Assembly (NCBI GenBank): GCA_009602725.1
Contig: WELB01000024.1
Location: 902,005 to 935,643, forward strand
Source of the DNA: Spirogloea muscicola
Lineage: Eukaryota
Length of the DNA: 33,639 nucleotides
Direction of reading: 5' to 3'
Under the pieces are notes generated by a model. It saw only the letters and a list, made by a program, of their open reading frames with translations, had not been told where the DNA came from and made no database searches. A program made the position numbers and the translations under genes. This document shows positions 10,481 through 23,242 of this stretch, piece by piece; positions within the stretch are counted from its first letter, which is position 1; each line of letters opens with the position of its first letter.

Positions 10481-13400
10481 ATGGAGGACTGCTACTCCCA
10501 CGCGGCGGCGCTATGCAACGAGCGCCGCGGCGTGTGGGCGCGCTGGCTGGGCGGGCGCGACCACGCGCGGCTGGCGGCGCACCTGGCGTCGCGCGAGGCC
10601 TGGGACTCGCTCCTGGGCGCCGCCGCCGCCGCCCCGCCCGGCGGCGACGACGTGGGCGACGTGCCGTTCCAGCTCCGCGTTCGCTCGCTCCTCGCCAGGC
10701 AGGCCGCCGACAGGCTCCTGCACGGCGGCAGAGCGGCAGGAGGTGATCTATAAGCGCCTTACGTCCTCCTGGCCTTCTCTAGCGCCCGTCTGCTGCTGGA
10801 ATTTGCGAGAGCGGCCGCCGCCATGGCCAGGTCTTTGGACTGCAGGCATTGCGCGACGCTGCCTGCAAGGCACTGACAGCGTTTGGTCCCTGACGATATG
10901 CGCCGGTGGCTCGCCAGACCTCAGCGAGAGCGACGTTTACTACTCGCTCGAGGACGATGCTGAGGACTGGGCGCGGTTGCAGGCCGAGGGAGCTCCCAAG
11001 CTGGCCGAGCTCGTGCGCAAGGTAGAGCTGGCAAGCTCGGACATGGCCTCCCAGAGTTTGACAGTCTCATCAGCATGCGTCGATCAGGCTTCTGGGGTGC
11101 TGCCTGGCAGAGGGCATCCGCCAGCAATGCCGCCTTGCTCGGGTGGAGTCCTGGTTGACTTCTGCGTTGCTTATCTGTCTGGCTACATCTGCAGTACGAT
11201 CTCCAAGGCCATCAAGGGCAAAGCCCAGAGTGAGCCTCGTCTGCCCGCGAAATGACTGAGATTAAGGGCTCTGTTGCTCTTGAGTGCTCTGTCAAGACGC
11301 ACTTCCTATATGGCGTCCTGCTTGTCTTTGTTGTCATGCTCGCTCACAGTGCTCCTTCACACACTCTCAGCTCCTCGCCTGGCTTGCTATGCTGTGCCAA
11401 CGCCTCCCTCTTGAAGCGGGGACGAAGCTGAGGAGGAGTCAATCTCACACAGAGGGAACAAGCAGAAGCAGCTGAAAGCCAGTCGCGAGCTATCAGCTCT
11501 TATGCCAAATGTGAAGCCTGTAAGTGATCATCCTCAGTCCATTCGCAAGCTATCAGCTCCCACACCAATTGTGAGCCTGTCAGTGATCAGCTTCGAAGCT
11601 GTTGACTGTGAAAAGCTAGGCACAGTGCCGGGGTCTCAGGGTGTTGATAAATGAGTAACCAAGCTCCGTGTGCTCATCTCTTTGATTGTGATCTTGGAGA
11701 TCTTGGTGCTTAAAAGCATGGTTGTCGCTAAGGACGTCATCGTCATTGCTGCTTGCAGACCAAGAAGGACCTTCAACAGGAAAAGCAGGTGAGTGACTAC
11801 TAGTAATCCTCTAGGCTGAATGCTGTAATCATTGCCTATTAGCTGGTCTATGTACGCCTGAAGTTATATGTCTCTGGTTTGTGCTTGTCATGTCATCGCC
11901 AATTTGACTCAAACAGGCTAACTTGACGCGTGTGGTGCTTTGTCACATCTCAATGTCCAAGTTTGGTGCACAGCGCTCATGAGCTGCCTCATGAGCTGCA
12001 GAATCTTGCAGCGGACTGACATGTTAGTCATGACTTTGATCAGGCATTGTTGAACAATGCACTGGAGAAGGTGTTAGAAGACTTGAAGAACATGGGGGTG
12101 TGTGACAGAACCTTATCACCTTTTCAATGCCAGAATGGAACTGCTGTGCTCGGAGCACCAACTTGTTGGAGCTGTACCTGAGTATTGTCTTGCTGGGACA
12201 TTCTGGTTGCGCATGGCAGGAAGTTGCAAGGCCGTTCATGAGTAACGCAAAAAAAGCCGAAGCTTGGGATTACTATGACGGTAAGTCGTCCTTTGATCAG
12301 ATTCATCTCGATCTTTGATAGGGCCAATTCAAAGGCACGAGTGAGTATACTTGTAAGGGACACAAACCTGCTTACAGTCTTTGGCGCTTGTGACATGAGC
12401 ATTTTTCCAGCGAGTGTCTGTTGCATGTGTATGAGGGACTGCATGATGCGCTGACTGGACAATGACACTCGACACGGTGATTTTGCTTGCTGCTCAGTCA
12501 TCAAGCACCCCATGGATCTGGGCACCATGCTGAAGAAGCTCCGTGCTTGCAAGTATGCAGCAAGTTATGCTTCAGAACACTTTCAGACTTCTCGGTCCTA
12601 GTTGTCTCCATCTTCTTCTTCAAGTTTTTCTTATCGGATATATATTGACAACCTGAGAGGTCATGCAGGTACACAAACAAAAGGAGCTTCCATGCAGACA
12701 TTGACCTCATTGCTGCCAATTGTTGCCAGTACAATGAGAAGGTTGGCAGCAGCTGTGCTAGGAGGCACAATCAAGTTGTGATACTCATCAATGAACGTCG
12801 TTTACTTCCAACACGCATCATACACATCTATTCTTTACTGCGCCCTACTTGTACCAGTGTGCCAGTTGAAAACCTCAGTGAGTTGACTCAGCTTGGCCCC
12901 CCTTCATTTCATGCGCACCCCAACCATTTATTCTCGGGTACACTTTGACTGCAAACTGAAGCAACTTTTGTTGGTGTGCTCACGACCAGGGATCCACTTA
13001 TGTCCGACACGTGGCGATGCTGCAGCAACGAGCTCTGAAGCTTTTGAGTGCAATTCCGAACATAGACGTTCTGTCTCCCGAGGACAGTGTCGCTATGCGT
13101 CAAGGCACTGCAGGCCAGGCAGCTCATACTGTATCAACTGGCCCTGGAAACATTAACCTGTGCGATGGCCTTGACACTGATCGCAGTAGCGAGGTTAGTA
13201 GCTTGCACTCTGTAAGAGGACAGTCATGTCAATTGCTCTGCCTTATCTGTCACTTCTCTGTGCTAAGCAAGGGTGGGCATCTCCACTCACGGAGTCATCA
13301 GACAGTGACTCATGTGGTGTGTCTACTGCCTCACTCTTACTTTTGCTCTGACAGATGTCTAGCCCAGAGTGCGCATCAGGTCTCTCTGGCAGCCAACGAG

Positions 13401-15556
13401 ATGATGGGCGAGCTATGCTGCTGGCGCACCTGAGCAGATCTCAATCCTGCACAACCTTTGACACTGGCATTCCGATCCCAAAGTCTCCAGGAAAGTCCTC
13501 CGGCGAGGGTCATGTGGTAACGGGAAGCGAAAGCTGCCAATGCAGAGAAGGAGAAGAGGGCAGGAGTCACTGTGATGGAGGACAAGGAGGCTGCGACAGG
13601 CATTGCAGAAGAGACGGCGAGACGGATGGCGAGCAGCATGGCTGGCCAGAGCTGTGTGTCAGGAGGTCCCTCATGGCCAGGATGCATCGCGTGGCTCAGA
13701 GGCTCGCAGAGCAGCGCCGAGCATTCTCTGAGAGGGACGCGATGGTCAGGGACCCCCATCGCATGGCCAGCTATGTGGCACAGGAAGCGCGCGCCAGCCA
13801 GCTCCTGCAAGTGGAGGACCACTCCCAGCTTGCAGCTGAGCCAAGGACAGCCGCTTGTGACAAATCAGTGGCAAGCAGTCAGGCGGCCCCAGGCAGGCCC
13901 GATCAAAGCGGCACGCAAAGAGCAGTGACTCCTCTTCCTGAGGGTGCCTTCTTCTTCTGCAACTGCGTCCCGTTGACGACGTTGTCTGGTACCTGTTCCT
14001 CACAAGTGCAGTGTTGCCTTCGAGCTACTGATGACCAGTTCTTCGAGGAGCAGCAGGCCAATGCCGCCATGCAGAAGGCGGTGGTCCGCATGCTGCAGAC
14101 TGCCGGCTTTGGAGGAGGCAGGCAGGCGAGCCTCGAAACAATCTGCGATCTTTTGGCTCACCGGTTTGTGAGGCTTGGCCGCTGCCTGAAAAGATTGCAG
14201 GACAGTTTGCCGCCTGGCTGTTCTCTCACAACTCTGGCAACACTATCTCTTGGTAGTATTTGGGGCAGGTGAGCCTGCAGGCCTATGCCTGTCAATGAGC
14301 TGTAATTGCCACTTGCCTTTAGTTGACATGCTTGGCAGAAAGTGTGAGCATTGTTGTCCTGGACCTCGTGGATTTCGGGCGCTGTCAAAGGTCGTCCGTG
14401 GCAGTCCCAGTCACTTGTCTAATTGTGAAGTTTTAGCTGGGCAAGACACAGTTGCTAACAGTGGTGTTTTATGCCATATGTGCAGCTCGACCAAGGACAT
14501 TACCGAGTTTGTGAGGCCTGGCTACACTAGGGGGAGCGCGCCTTCTTTGAAGACAGGTGGTGGCCATGGCTTGGGATACAGTCACTCCAGTGCCATGCAG
14601 CGCCAGGGCCCTGCTTCGTTTACAGACGGCGGGAGGCAGCGGCTCTCTCCTCTGGCTCTGCCTCCAGCAGTGAGCTCCCTTGCCCTTTAAGTTGCTATCA
14701 TGGGTGGGTGACGTTGTTTATTTCAGTGTTTGCATGTTCATTAGCTTTTAGGCATGCTTACCATGGGTACACAAGATCATGCAAAAATTGCCGCCTGGTG
14801 TAAAATACCTATCAACTGCAAGCCCAGATATCGCCTTGAGAGCTCCAGTGTAATCTCAGCTGATCGCAGTTGCTTTGCTTTCTCCAACAGAGGTCGTTGT
14901 CCGGGAGCAGCGCCCATGGGTGGCAGCAGCAACAGCAGCACAAGAAGAGGATCGCCTCGGGATCGGCCAGCCCAAGAGCCTCGCCTGCCAAGAAGGCATC
15001 CCAAACATTGGCAGATGTCAAAGTTCAGCCTCCCAGCCCACCCTTCTCGCCAGAGCGGCTGCCTGATGCGAGCCCTGCTCTGCCGGCGCTGCCGCCAGCG
15101 CAGGCATTGAGCAAGCCTGCCGCACAGGCCAGGAATATGTTGCACACGAAGGTGCCCGCCGCCAAGGGGCCAAGTGCTGGCCAGCCGGTGCCTGTGTCTC
15201 CGACAGCCAAGCCTTTGAGTTCGCCCAAGCCTTTGAATTCGCCCAAGCACAAATCCCTGTCGCTGTCAATGTGGCCGCAAACCAAGACGCTGCCCTCAGC
15301 ACCCGGCAACCTCCCTTACCCCGCGGTTTTCCGCAGTGAGTGACAGTGCTCGGGAGAGTTGGACCTTCTAGCACTATATTTCGTCATGATGAGGCCTTGC
15401 CACCCAGCAATTCCAGGAGACATCATGGAACTCTTTCCAGGTGGCTTACTCCGAGCTAGACGGCACCTGCCTCAGCATGCGCTAGTATGTGAAGCAGAGC
15501 AAGCTCGGCAGCTTTTGTTCAGCCCAAGCCAGCAGACTCAGCGCTGTTGCCCATAG
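10481..15556 (+). CDS. Spt7-like SAGA subunit: plant-type N-terminal domain, bromodomain, bromodomain-associated histone fold, and Pro/Ser-rich tail
   Basis: Exons 10481-10742, 10918-11021, 11195-11229, 11417-11519, 11759-11788, 12044-12097, 12220-12280, 12498-12552, 12669-12741, 12990-13193, 13355-14268, 14486-14669, 14891-15335 (or stop at 15343), optional 15441-15556. Bromodomain: LEKVLEDLKNMGEVARPFMSNAKKAEAWDYYDVIKHPMDLGTMLKKLRACKYTNKRSFHADIDLIAANCCQYNEKGSTYVRHVAMLQQRALKLLSAIPNI. Histone fold: AMQKAVVRMLQTAGFGGGRQASLETICDLLAHRFVRLGRCLK. Confidence 0.8.
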
Positions 15557-17953
15557 AGAAGGTGTGCTTGTCAGCGTACCAAATCCAGCCGACCACAGCC
15601 ACGCGACAAATTGATGAACTTCAAATGGCACTCTTTTTGAAGGTTTTATGTTGTTGGCTCTTAATTCATCTCATCTGATATGTGGCATAGATGGGTGCTG
15701 AGGGGGTTGATTATGCCTGTGTCAGGTTGCACCTTCTGTGCCCAGCCCTTTGAGCCCTGGGCAGCCGACGAGGAATGCTGCAAGCGGCCAATCCATGTCG
15801 TCATTCAGCCAAAACCGTAGATCTGCACTCTACGCCACCTGCTGACTTGGAGCAGAGGCTGATTAGCAATGCTCGGCCTGGTCTTGAAGGCCAAGTCACG
15901 AGACCTTTCCAAAGGTGGAGCCAAGCGACGGCTTGTCCCAGTCCTCAGCATAGCTCCAGTACTAGTCGAACAGGAATGGGCAAGGTCCTGGGCCCACATC
16001 TGGACTAGGGCCGCTGCTCACTGCCTGGTCGCCCTTGGACGAAGCGGCAAGCATTCAGGTCCTCCCTTTGGAGTCTCAAGTGAGGCAACCCCTACCAAAG
16101 TTTGGCAGAGCAGGAGCAGGCCTTCAGTGCTACAATCAGAGGTCCACTGTTAACCATGCTAACGCAGAAGGTCGAGCGTAGGTGCGCAGGCACACGGCAA
16201 GAAGGTGTTGTATGCTCAAGGAGCCGAGTGGAGTTGCTTTCTCAGTTCTGGGGGGACGCTTTTTCACCATCACACTGCACATGATGTTAATTTCAGTCGG
16301 TTCATCAGCACGACTTGCTGATGTAGGACAACAAACATAGGGCGTCTGATGACTATTAGTGAGTCCTGGAGCTGGACCTAGCGATGGTCGGTAGACCAGC
16401 TGGTCGAAATATCAGCAAGTTAGCAGCCTCTTGTGTAGGCATGAGGCTTGGTTCCCACCAGTCACTGTGCTCGGCTCATGGCACAGCATTGTGGGCTTGC
16501 CAAATTGGCCAGTACTCCCCTTAGAATTCACACTCCCCCCTGTGGCCCCGCCCCCTGCCTTCAAGCATTTCCCCCGTCTTTATCAGTGAGTCAGTTGGAA
16601 GTGAGATACGGAGAACAGGCAGACCGCCCGCTGAAAATTGCTGAGACGGTCAGGCGGCATAATCTGTTTGCTTAATACGACTGTCAGCAATCTGGCCAGA
16701 CCTGGTGAGGCGCTCTGGACTCTGGAGCTCGACTCTCTCGTTCTGGATACAAACAAGCATCATATGTACGAGACATGGAGGAACTGGAATGATAGGTGCA
16801 GATGATGGAACGGACAGAATGAGAGAACGGTGTACTTTCAGACTTGCCATGAACAAACTTTTCTTTGTCCTCTCTCCAGGACAGGGTGTGGCTACTAGCT
16901 AGTGCTTGTTTGCAGCTTTGATCAAATCCAGTGTTGTAGGCACGCTTGCCTGGCTGTTGTACAAAGGGTGAGGTTTGGTGAGCAAATGTATTCAACAAGA
17001 TCCAACAAGGTCATTCTCAAGCCTTAATCTTACCTATCTTGCAATACCCAATGCAACTTCCGAGTTGAAAGGGTTGGTCGCCTGACAAGGCGACCATGTG
17101 CAGAAGATCCTGTAACTCCGCAGGCTCCGTGGCAATGCTCTCTGCTACGTATAACTGAGATGGAGGTTGTACACAGGTCGTCAGGATCACAATCAACCTC
17201 CATCAAGTGGTCATCCGTGAACATCTTGCCCCCATGACGAGTTTGTCGATTACACAACCACCAAGAGCAAGAGCTCCTGTGTATTCACAGGCTCAATAGC
17301 CATCATTTCCTTCTTCAATTGAAGGCAATCTCACTGTTGGATGTTTTAAACGGCTAATAAGGCCTCCGATACTGATCAACGTATCCGAGGATTCTAGCAG
17401 GCAGTAGGGTTTGCACCCTCAGCCGATGATCAAGTTAGGCAGGAAGGAGCTGTTTCCTTAGCTGAGATCGCATATGTATCACAAGAATGGGCATGAAGTT
17501 ACAATGCACAATTGATGAAGAAGATTCTACACCAAAAAGATATAACAGAAGCGGATCCATTGCAACTGTGTTGCAGGAAGAAGGATGCGCCTTCGAATTT
17601 CAATCTGTACAGTCTTATGTACACGTCCGCTTTCTTAATGAGGTTTCATGTGCGGCCTGCTCATTGTGGCGGCCCCATGAAGCAGAGGCCAAAGAACCTC
17701 GTGGGAAAGAATGGCGTTCTAGCATCTACTTCAAAAGGCAGGCCTGTCTGTATCCTCTCTGCCTACAAAACTGTCCTCTGGGTGATTACGGAGGGCCACC
17801 ACTTATCTCATTGAGAAAACCCACCAGGCATAAGAGCTACATCTGGCTTCGGTCATGCGAGTCTAGATATCCGAATATACAAAGAAAAGTACCTTGATGA
17901 CCAAGAAGCCCTAAAAATCAGCTGCCGAAGCATGAGAAAGGTAACACTTCTGG

Positions 17954-20900
17954 TCATTCACCTGTAGTACCATGTCCATCAGACCACCCAGACTGTTGCA
18001 AGTCAGCGCCTTTGGCGCAGTCTGCTGCAGCTGTACGATCACACACAGACAGCTGATGAATGTCAGAGAACAACTGAACAAATTGCTTGGATGTATACAA
18101 GAGCTACATGTATCAATTGAATCATTCCAGTGCAGTGCTTAACCAGCTTGCCAGATAAGTCAGTGAAGGAGCAAGTGTGGCCTTCAGACGCCAACCTTCT
18201 GCCTTGATTGCGATGCCCAGCTGTGCACAAGGCTGAGGAGGGTCCTGTTGCTCACACGAGACATCCTTGCTCTGGTCACTTGGACCTACATCCCTGTCTA
18301 TTGGAGGTGAAGGCCAGTCTTCAACCTTCTGTGAATCAGGGGACTCGGCCTTGACGTCCCCTGGTAAGCTTTCATCCAAGCCTCGTTCAAAGAGGAAGAG
18401 GCCTCCGTCAAGGGAGCTCCGGATGCCTTGCTCGTCATGCTCATTATCTGCTGCAGCAGCTGTATTGTTACCACTGCCGCCATGCCTCACCTGTAGTGCT
18501 ACAACCGCCTTGCCCTCCATGACTGTGCCCTCCAACATACTCACAGGCGCATCGACGCCATTGGTCGGATGAGCATGCATGTCACTTGTCAGCTTCAGCT
18601 GGGAGTGGCCGTTTATCCTAGGGATGGCCACAGGCGGCGAGCCCACCACCATCGGCTGGGCGCCAAGGCCAGTCTTCATGGCAAAACCTGCCCCGCTAGA
18701 GTACGAGGGGCTGCCGGTGCTGTCACTGCTCAAGGAAGATGGCTGCAACGGCGGCGCCGCAGAGCGCCTGGGGCTCAGCTGCCTCTGATATCGTGACGGC
18801 ACTGAGTGGGATGAGTCAAGCGACGAAGGTGGGGTTCCTTCTGCAGAATCTGCAAGATGGAGGGGCAATGACTTGGGTCAGATAGAGAACCCCAGATTGG
18901 GTGACTGGTCACTTTGAGACAACCAACATCGCCTGATCAAAGAGAAGCAAGCGACCTCATAAAAAGGAGAACACACAGCGCTGCAGAGTGGACCTCAAGA
19001 TGTTCAGCGCACACCTGAGCTGTGGTGATCTTCAGCAAAAACGTCATCCCCACCAAGCAGCCCCATCAACGAGAGCTGGCCGCTGGCACCGCCAATGCCT
19101 GCACGGTCCAGCCAATGCTTTTCGTCCTGCACAATGGCTGCCGAAGCAGACTTCTCCCCGTTGCCCTGCCCTTCCTGTCCCCTATCCTTCCGGCCCCAAG
19201 CGACAACTACGGGCGCGTGCCTGCCATGCCGTGCCTGCGACTGAGGGCCCACGAGCGGCGGAGGCCACTGTGAAAGCTTCCCTGGGGTGGCCGAGCTGGG
19301 AAGGCCGTGGAACAGCTGCACACTAAACGGACCAGACTCAGATCCGGAGCTGCTGCCACTGTTCGTCCTCCGCATCTGGAGGTGAGGTGCCGCAGCCTGC
19401 CGGTCTTGGATGAGGGTGGCAGGTCCGCCATGCAACTCCGACGCCTGGGTGGCGGCGTGCACACGCAAGCCAGGGTCGCCTGGAAGAGCCTCCAGCACAG
19501 AGTCCCTGCATATGCAGATGCCGCATGTAAGCTCAACTAAATCTCGTCATCTCCGAGCAGGACCAAACTGTGGCCGAAAAGAGTGACAAGCCCACCTCAC
19601 GCCTTGGCCTGCCGCAAAGGCGTCCATCAGAGGCATGAGGCTGGTGCGTCGAACTTCGATGACCTTGGTGGGAACAGCCTCGACCTTCACCTCGCCTTCC
19701 TCTGCCTCCGCCTGGTCCCACTGTGCGGGTTGGAAGACGTGAAACTCGACCTGCCAAGTACTCGGAGTTACACAGACGGCATCAGCAGCAAACAAGATAG
19801 TGCAGCACAACCTGTTCCTCAGATAAAACAATACGAGAACAGATACTGGCAAGAAAGGGATGAATGCTGATGTACTGCAGGTTGTGACATATCAAGCAAG
19901 TGAAACACATGAAAGCTTACAGCGAGCAGAGAGTTGGAGGACAAAGCCAAGAGCTCAGACCTGCGGCTTCGCCCACAGTGGAAGGGGCTGGTTTGCACCC
20001 ATCTGCACCTCAGCATTCGACATGAACCACCTCTGGAGCTCCTCCGCTTTCAAGGGCACCTGGGAGCTTGTCGGCGCAAGGCTGTTCTCATCCAGCCGGT
20101 CCTCGCGCTCCATCCATGACGGCCCCCGGCAGACGTCCCAGCGCTCCAGCGGTTCTGCTGCTAGCCGCAGCTCCTGCACTCCGGTTCCGTCGCTAGAGCC
20201 TCCTTCGCCACCCAGGTATGGTCGTAGCAGGTACCTGACAAGGCAAAAGCAATAAGCTTATATGCTATCTCGTACCTGACAATGGAAAAGGATGAGACCT
20301 TGGCATCAATCTAAGAACCTCAGTCGACACCTGTAGCTTGGTGGGAATGGCTAACCGGACGAGGTAACCAGCGGGCGTGAGCACCCAAAGCTGCTGCCGC
20401 AGGACCGACGCCGCGTGCTGGTGCAGCTGGTGCTCCTGCGCTGTGCCGCCGCCGTCATGGAAGAGCGAAGCAACTGCGCAGGAGAATGTTACCGCCCGTC
20501 CGGTGGCCGCCGCCGCCGCCCCCCGCCAGCTCTGGATGCCGCTTCTGATCCTGGTAACGACGGAGAGGGCGATGGGGAGGGGCGGCGGGGCAAGGTGCTG
20601 CTGCGCCAACCGCAGGGGCCCCTGGGGTGCCCACCACGGCAACGGTTGCACCAAAGGCACGCCGCTGGCAACGTTAGCCTCCAGGTGGTCAACCGCGTGA
20701 GTATTCAGTCCCACAGGCCCTCCAAATGGCGATATGGCGTAGACATGCGTGGTGCCACGCGCTGAGCTAACAGCAATCCAGTGGCCATCGCTGCAAAACG
20801 AGATGTCCTGAATGACCTGCACGAAAGATGCAATATATTGTAGTGTCAACTCTGGCTCTGATTTGCGTCACAGCTTCCTCACACCTGAGTGCTCGCCAAG

Positions 20901-23242
20901 GGCGACATAACGACATTGCTTACAATCTTTGACTGATCAGTCTACAAGCACCAAAGCATGTGTTGCAAGCATTCTGTGCTTTAGCTCGGCTCAATCTTTG
21001 TGATTGGCAGAATTGAACATGGGCAGGCACCCTGCTCACCGCATTCGTGAGCCCCCGGTAGAGCTTGTAAAGGTGCACGTGGGCGTTGCTTGGGTCGCCC
21101 CCCGTGCCGCCCTGCCACGCAGACAGCGCATGCAGACCCTAGTGGCTTAGAGAGCCGCTTCATCTATCTCAACCTTTGTTTGTTCTCTTAAGGAGGCTAG
21201 GGTTTTATAGGGCCAAGCACCACGTAAAGAAGCAGTTGTAAGACGTATGTAGGTGTTGATCACAATGAGAATCAAAGGTCTTCAACTAAAGGAAAGGCAA
21301 GAAAGCCTGATACCGAGGAGGAGCCACTGCCAAGACCAGTGCTGGTGGCTGCAGGGATGAGGCGGAAGACGTTAAGGTTGTGCCCGCAGACGGACGCAGT
21401 CACCAGCAGCGTGCCGCTCTGGTCAAAGGCGAGCGACAAGAGGGGGCTGGAGTGCGCGCGGAAGTGCGCCACCACTGCCCTGGTTATCACATCCCGCACC
21501 ATGACCTGACAAGTGTCCAATGCAGCATGCATCAGCACCCTCACGGTTGGGCCGCTGGTAATCTCTGTCCGCATGTTCCGCGTCTGGCTTTACTACAGTA
21601 AGGGCGTTCAGCAGCTTGCATGATGGATCAGGTAGGCTGGTATAAAGATGCACTATCTGCTGTAACTCTTTAGTGCGTAAGAGGACTCACAGTGCCAGCA
21701 AATTCCGGCTCCCCAAGCAGCGGCGATGCCCATGCAGGGGCCCTTGCCGAGCCGCCCTTGGGGCTCGGAGTGCTCCCTGCCGCGGTGCTGTTTTTGGTGG
21801 CAGAATCGGCTGAGAGCTCGGCATAGTAGCGGGTGATGGTTTTGTAGCCCATGTTGACAATCCCCGCCGCCAGGTGCTTGCCAGACTCCTTAGCGTAGCG
21901 CGCCATCAGGGCCGCCCCACCGGTGCCGGCCGGCGAAGTGGACGGGCTCGCACCCGGTGATGGAGATAGGTGCTGCGGAGACGCCCGCCCAGTGGGCGCC
22001 ACCATTGGCTGATTTGCCGCGTAGGCCAGCCAGCGAGACCCCAGGGCTATGGCCGCGCTTGCTGGCGCCGCGATGCCTGGCCCTGGCTGTGCCACTGGGA
22101 ACGTCAGCACGCTGAATGTGTTCTGGAGTGTTGCAGCATCGAAGCAGTAGATCTGCCAAACACAGATATGCAGCAAAGAGTCCTGTCAATCACTACGCCC
22201 TGAGCGATAAGTGGCAAGAACCACTGCCTGCGACAGCACACCATTCAGTCCTGCCATCGAATAGAGGCACAGGACCTGAGAAGCGAGGGCGACGGCGACG
22301 AGGCATCGGCTGCACCGCACTGCCAGTACGTGCGTGCGGAACCGCAGCACGGTGACATAGGTGTGCGTCTTGAGGGAGTAGAAGCGGACGGCTGTGGCCG
22401 TGGTAGCCATGCCAGAGTGGCCCGTGCTGGCACCGCTGCCAGCTGCTTGCGCCCCTCCATCCCACGTCGTGGCGGCAAAGGCCCCCGGCCCGCCGCCTTT
22501 GCCGGTGTTGTCGGCCCCTACGATCGCGAGGAGAGGCCGCGCGTCCCTGAGGGGCCCGTCGGCCGGCTCCGGCACGAGGGGCAGCGGCAGCAGGCGCAGG
22601 CAGGCGGCGAAGCCGTCGCGGCGAGACACGAGCTCTCGGACGTTGTCGGCGCTCTCCACGTCCCAGACCTGAAAGCCGCTGCTGTACGTGAGGAGAAGCA
22701 CCTGGCGCCTCTGGCCGCCGAGCTCCAGGACGTCAAAGCCCGCCCAATGCACCTGCCAGTGACAAGGGACAGCGGACCATTGCCGCAGCTCCAGTCAAGA
22801 TGGAGTCCCAGAGCTCCGAGCCTCACAAGCGGGGGCCCGCGGTGCGACCTATACTCCTCATCCTCGACTTTGCGACAGCAGGACCTTCAGGATCCGGCGG
22901 CAGTTCTGGCAAGCGTCCTCGCCGTGGACTCATGCAGCAGCTCTAAGACCTCCGGAGCTTGCAATGACAAAGCTGCGACCGCAGCCAGCACCATGAGGGG
23001 CTGCCAAGGCTAGAAGCGCAGGAGCGGCTGACAGACACCTGCTCCTTGCGCCTCTCGTCCTCGGCCACAGTAATCCCGCCGGCGACGGCGGCAGCGCCGG
23101 CGGAGCGCACGTTGGAGGCGAGCACGCCGGCGTTGCTGGACACGGAGCGCCAGTAGGTGGAGATCATGCGCAGCGAGGAGGGGAGGAAGCTGCCGCGCCC
23201 GAGCTCATCGCCGGTCCCCGGCAGGGCTGCCTCCTTCCTCAT
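17954..23242 (-). CDS. ATG18: Autophagy-related protein 18, BCAS3-type (ATG18f/g/h-like WD40 PROPPIN), 11 exons
   Basis: Exons 23242-23039, 22752-22276, 22152-21691, 21505-21314, 21111-21040, 20816-20356, 20234-19961, 19750-19596, 19505-19015, 18849-18196, 18030-17954. Motifs: EQVHWAGFD, FQVWDVE..NVRELVSRRDG, VRFYSL, IYCFDAATLQNTFSVLT, ALGSRWLAYA, FRAHSSPLLSLAFDQSGTLLVTAS, HLYKLYRGLTNAVIQDISFCSDGHWIAVSSARGTTHVYAISPFGG, WFMSNAEVQM..PLWAKPQV. Confidence 0.95.

Noticed and set aside
15208..15248. 18-bp tandem repeat (KPLSSP/KPLNSP)
   Set aside because: It is an ordinary in-frame duplication in a low-complexity protein tail.
16279..16352. Possible C/D-box snoRNA (ATGATGT...CTGA)
   Set aside because: The C box is imperfect, the terminal stem is minimal, and I recognised no rRNA or snRNA complement.
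17487..17897. 136-aa plus-strand ORF
   Set aside because: It has no recognisable motif and lies antisense to the probable ATG18 3' UTR.
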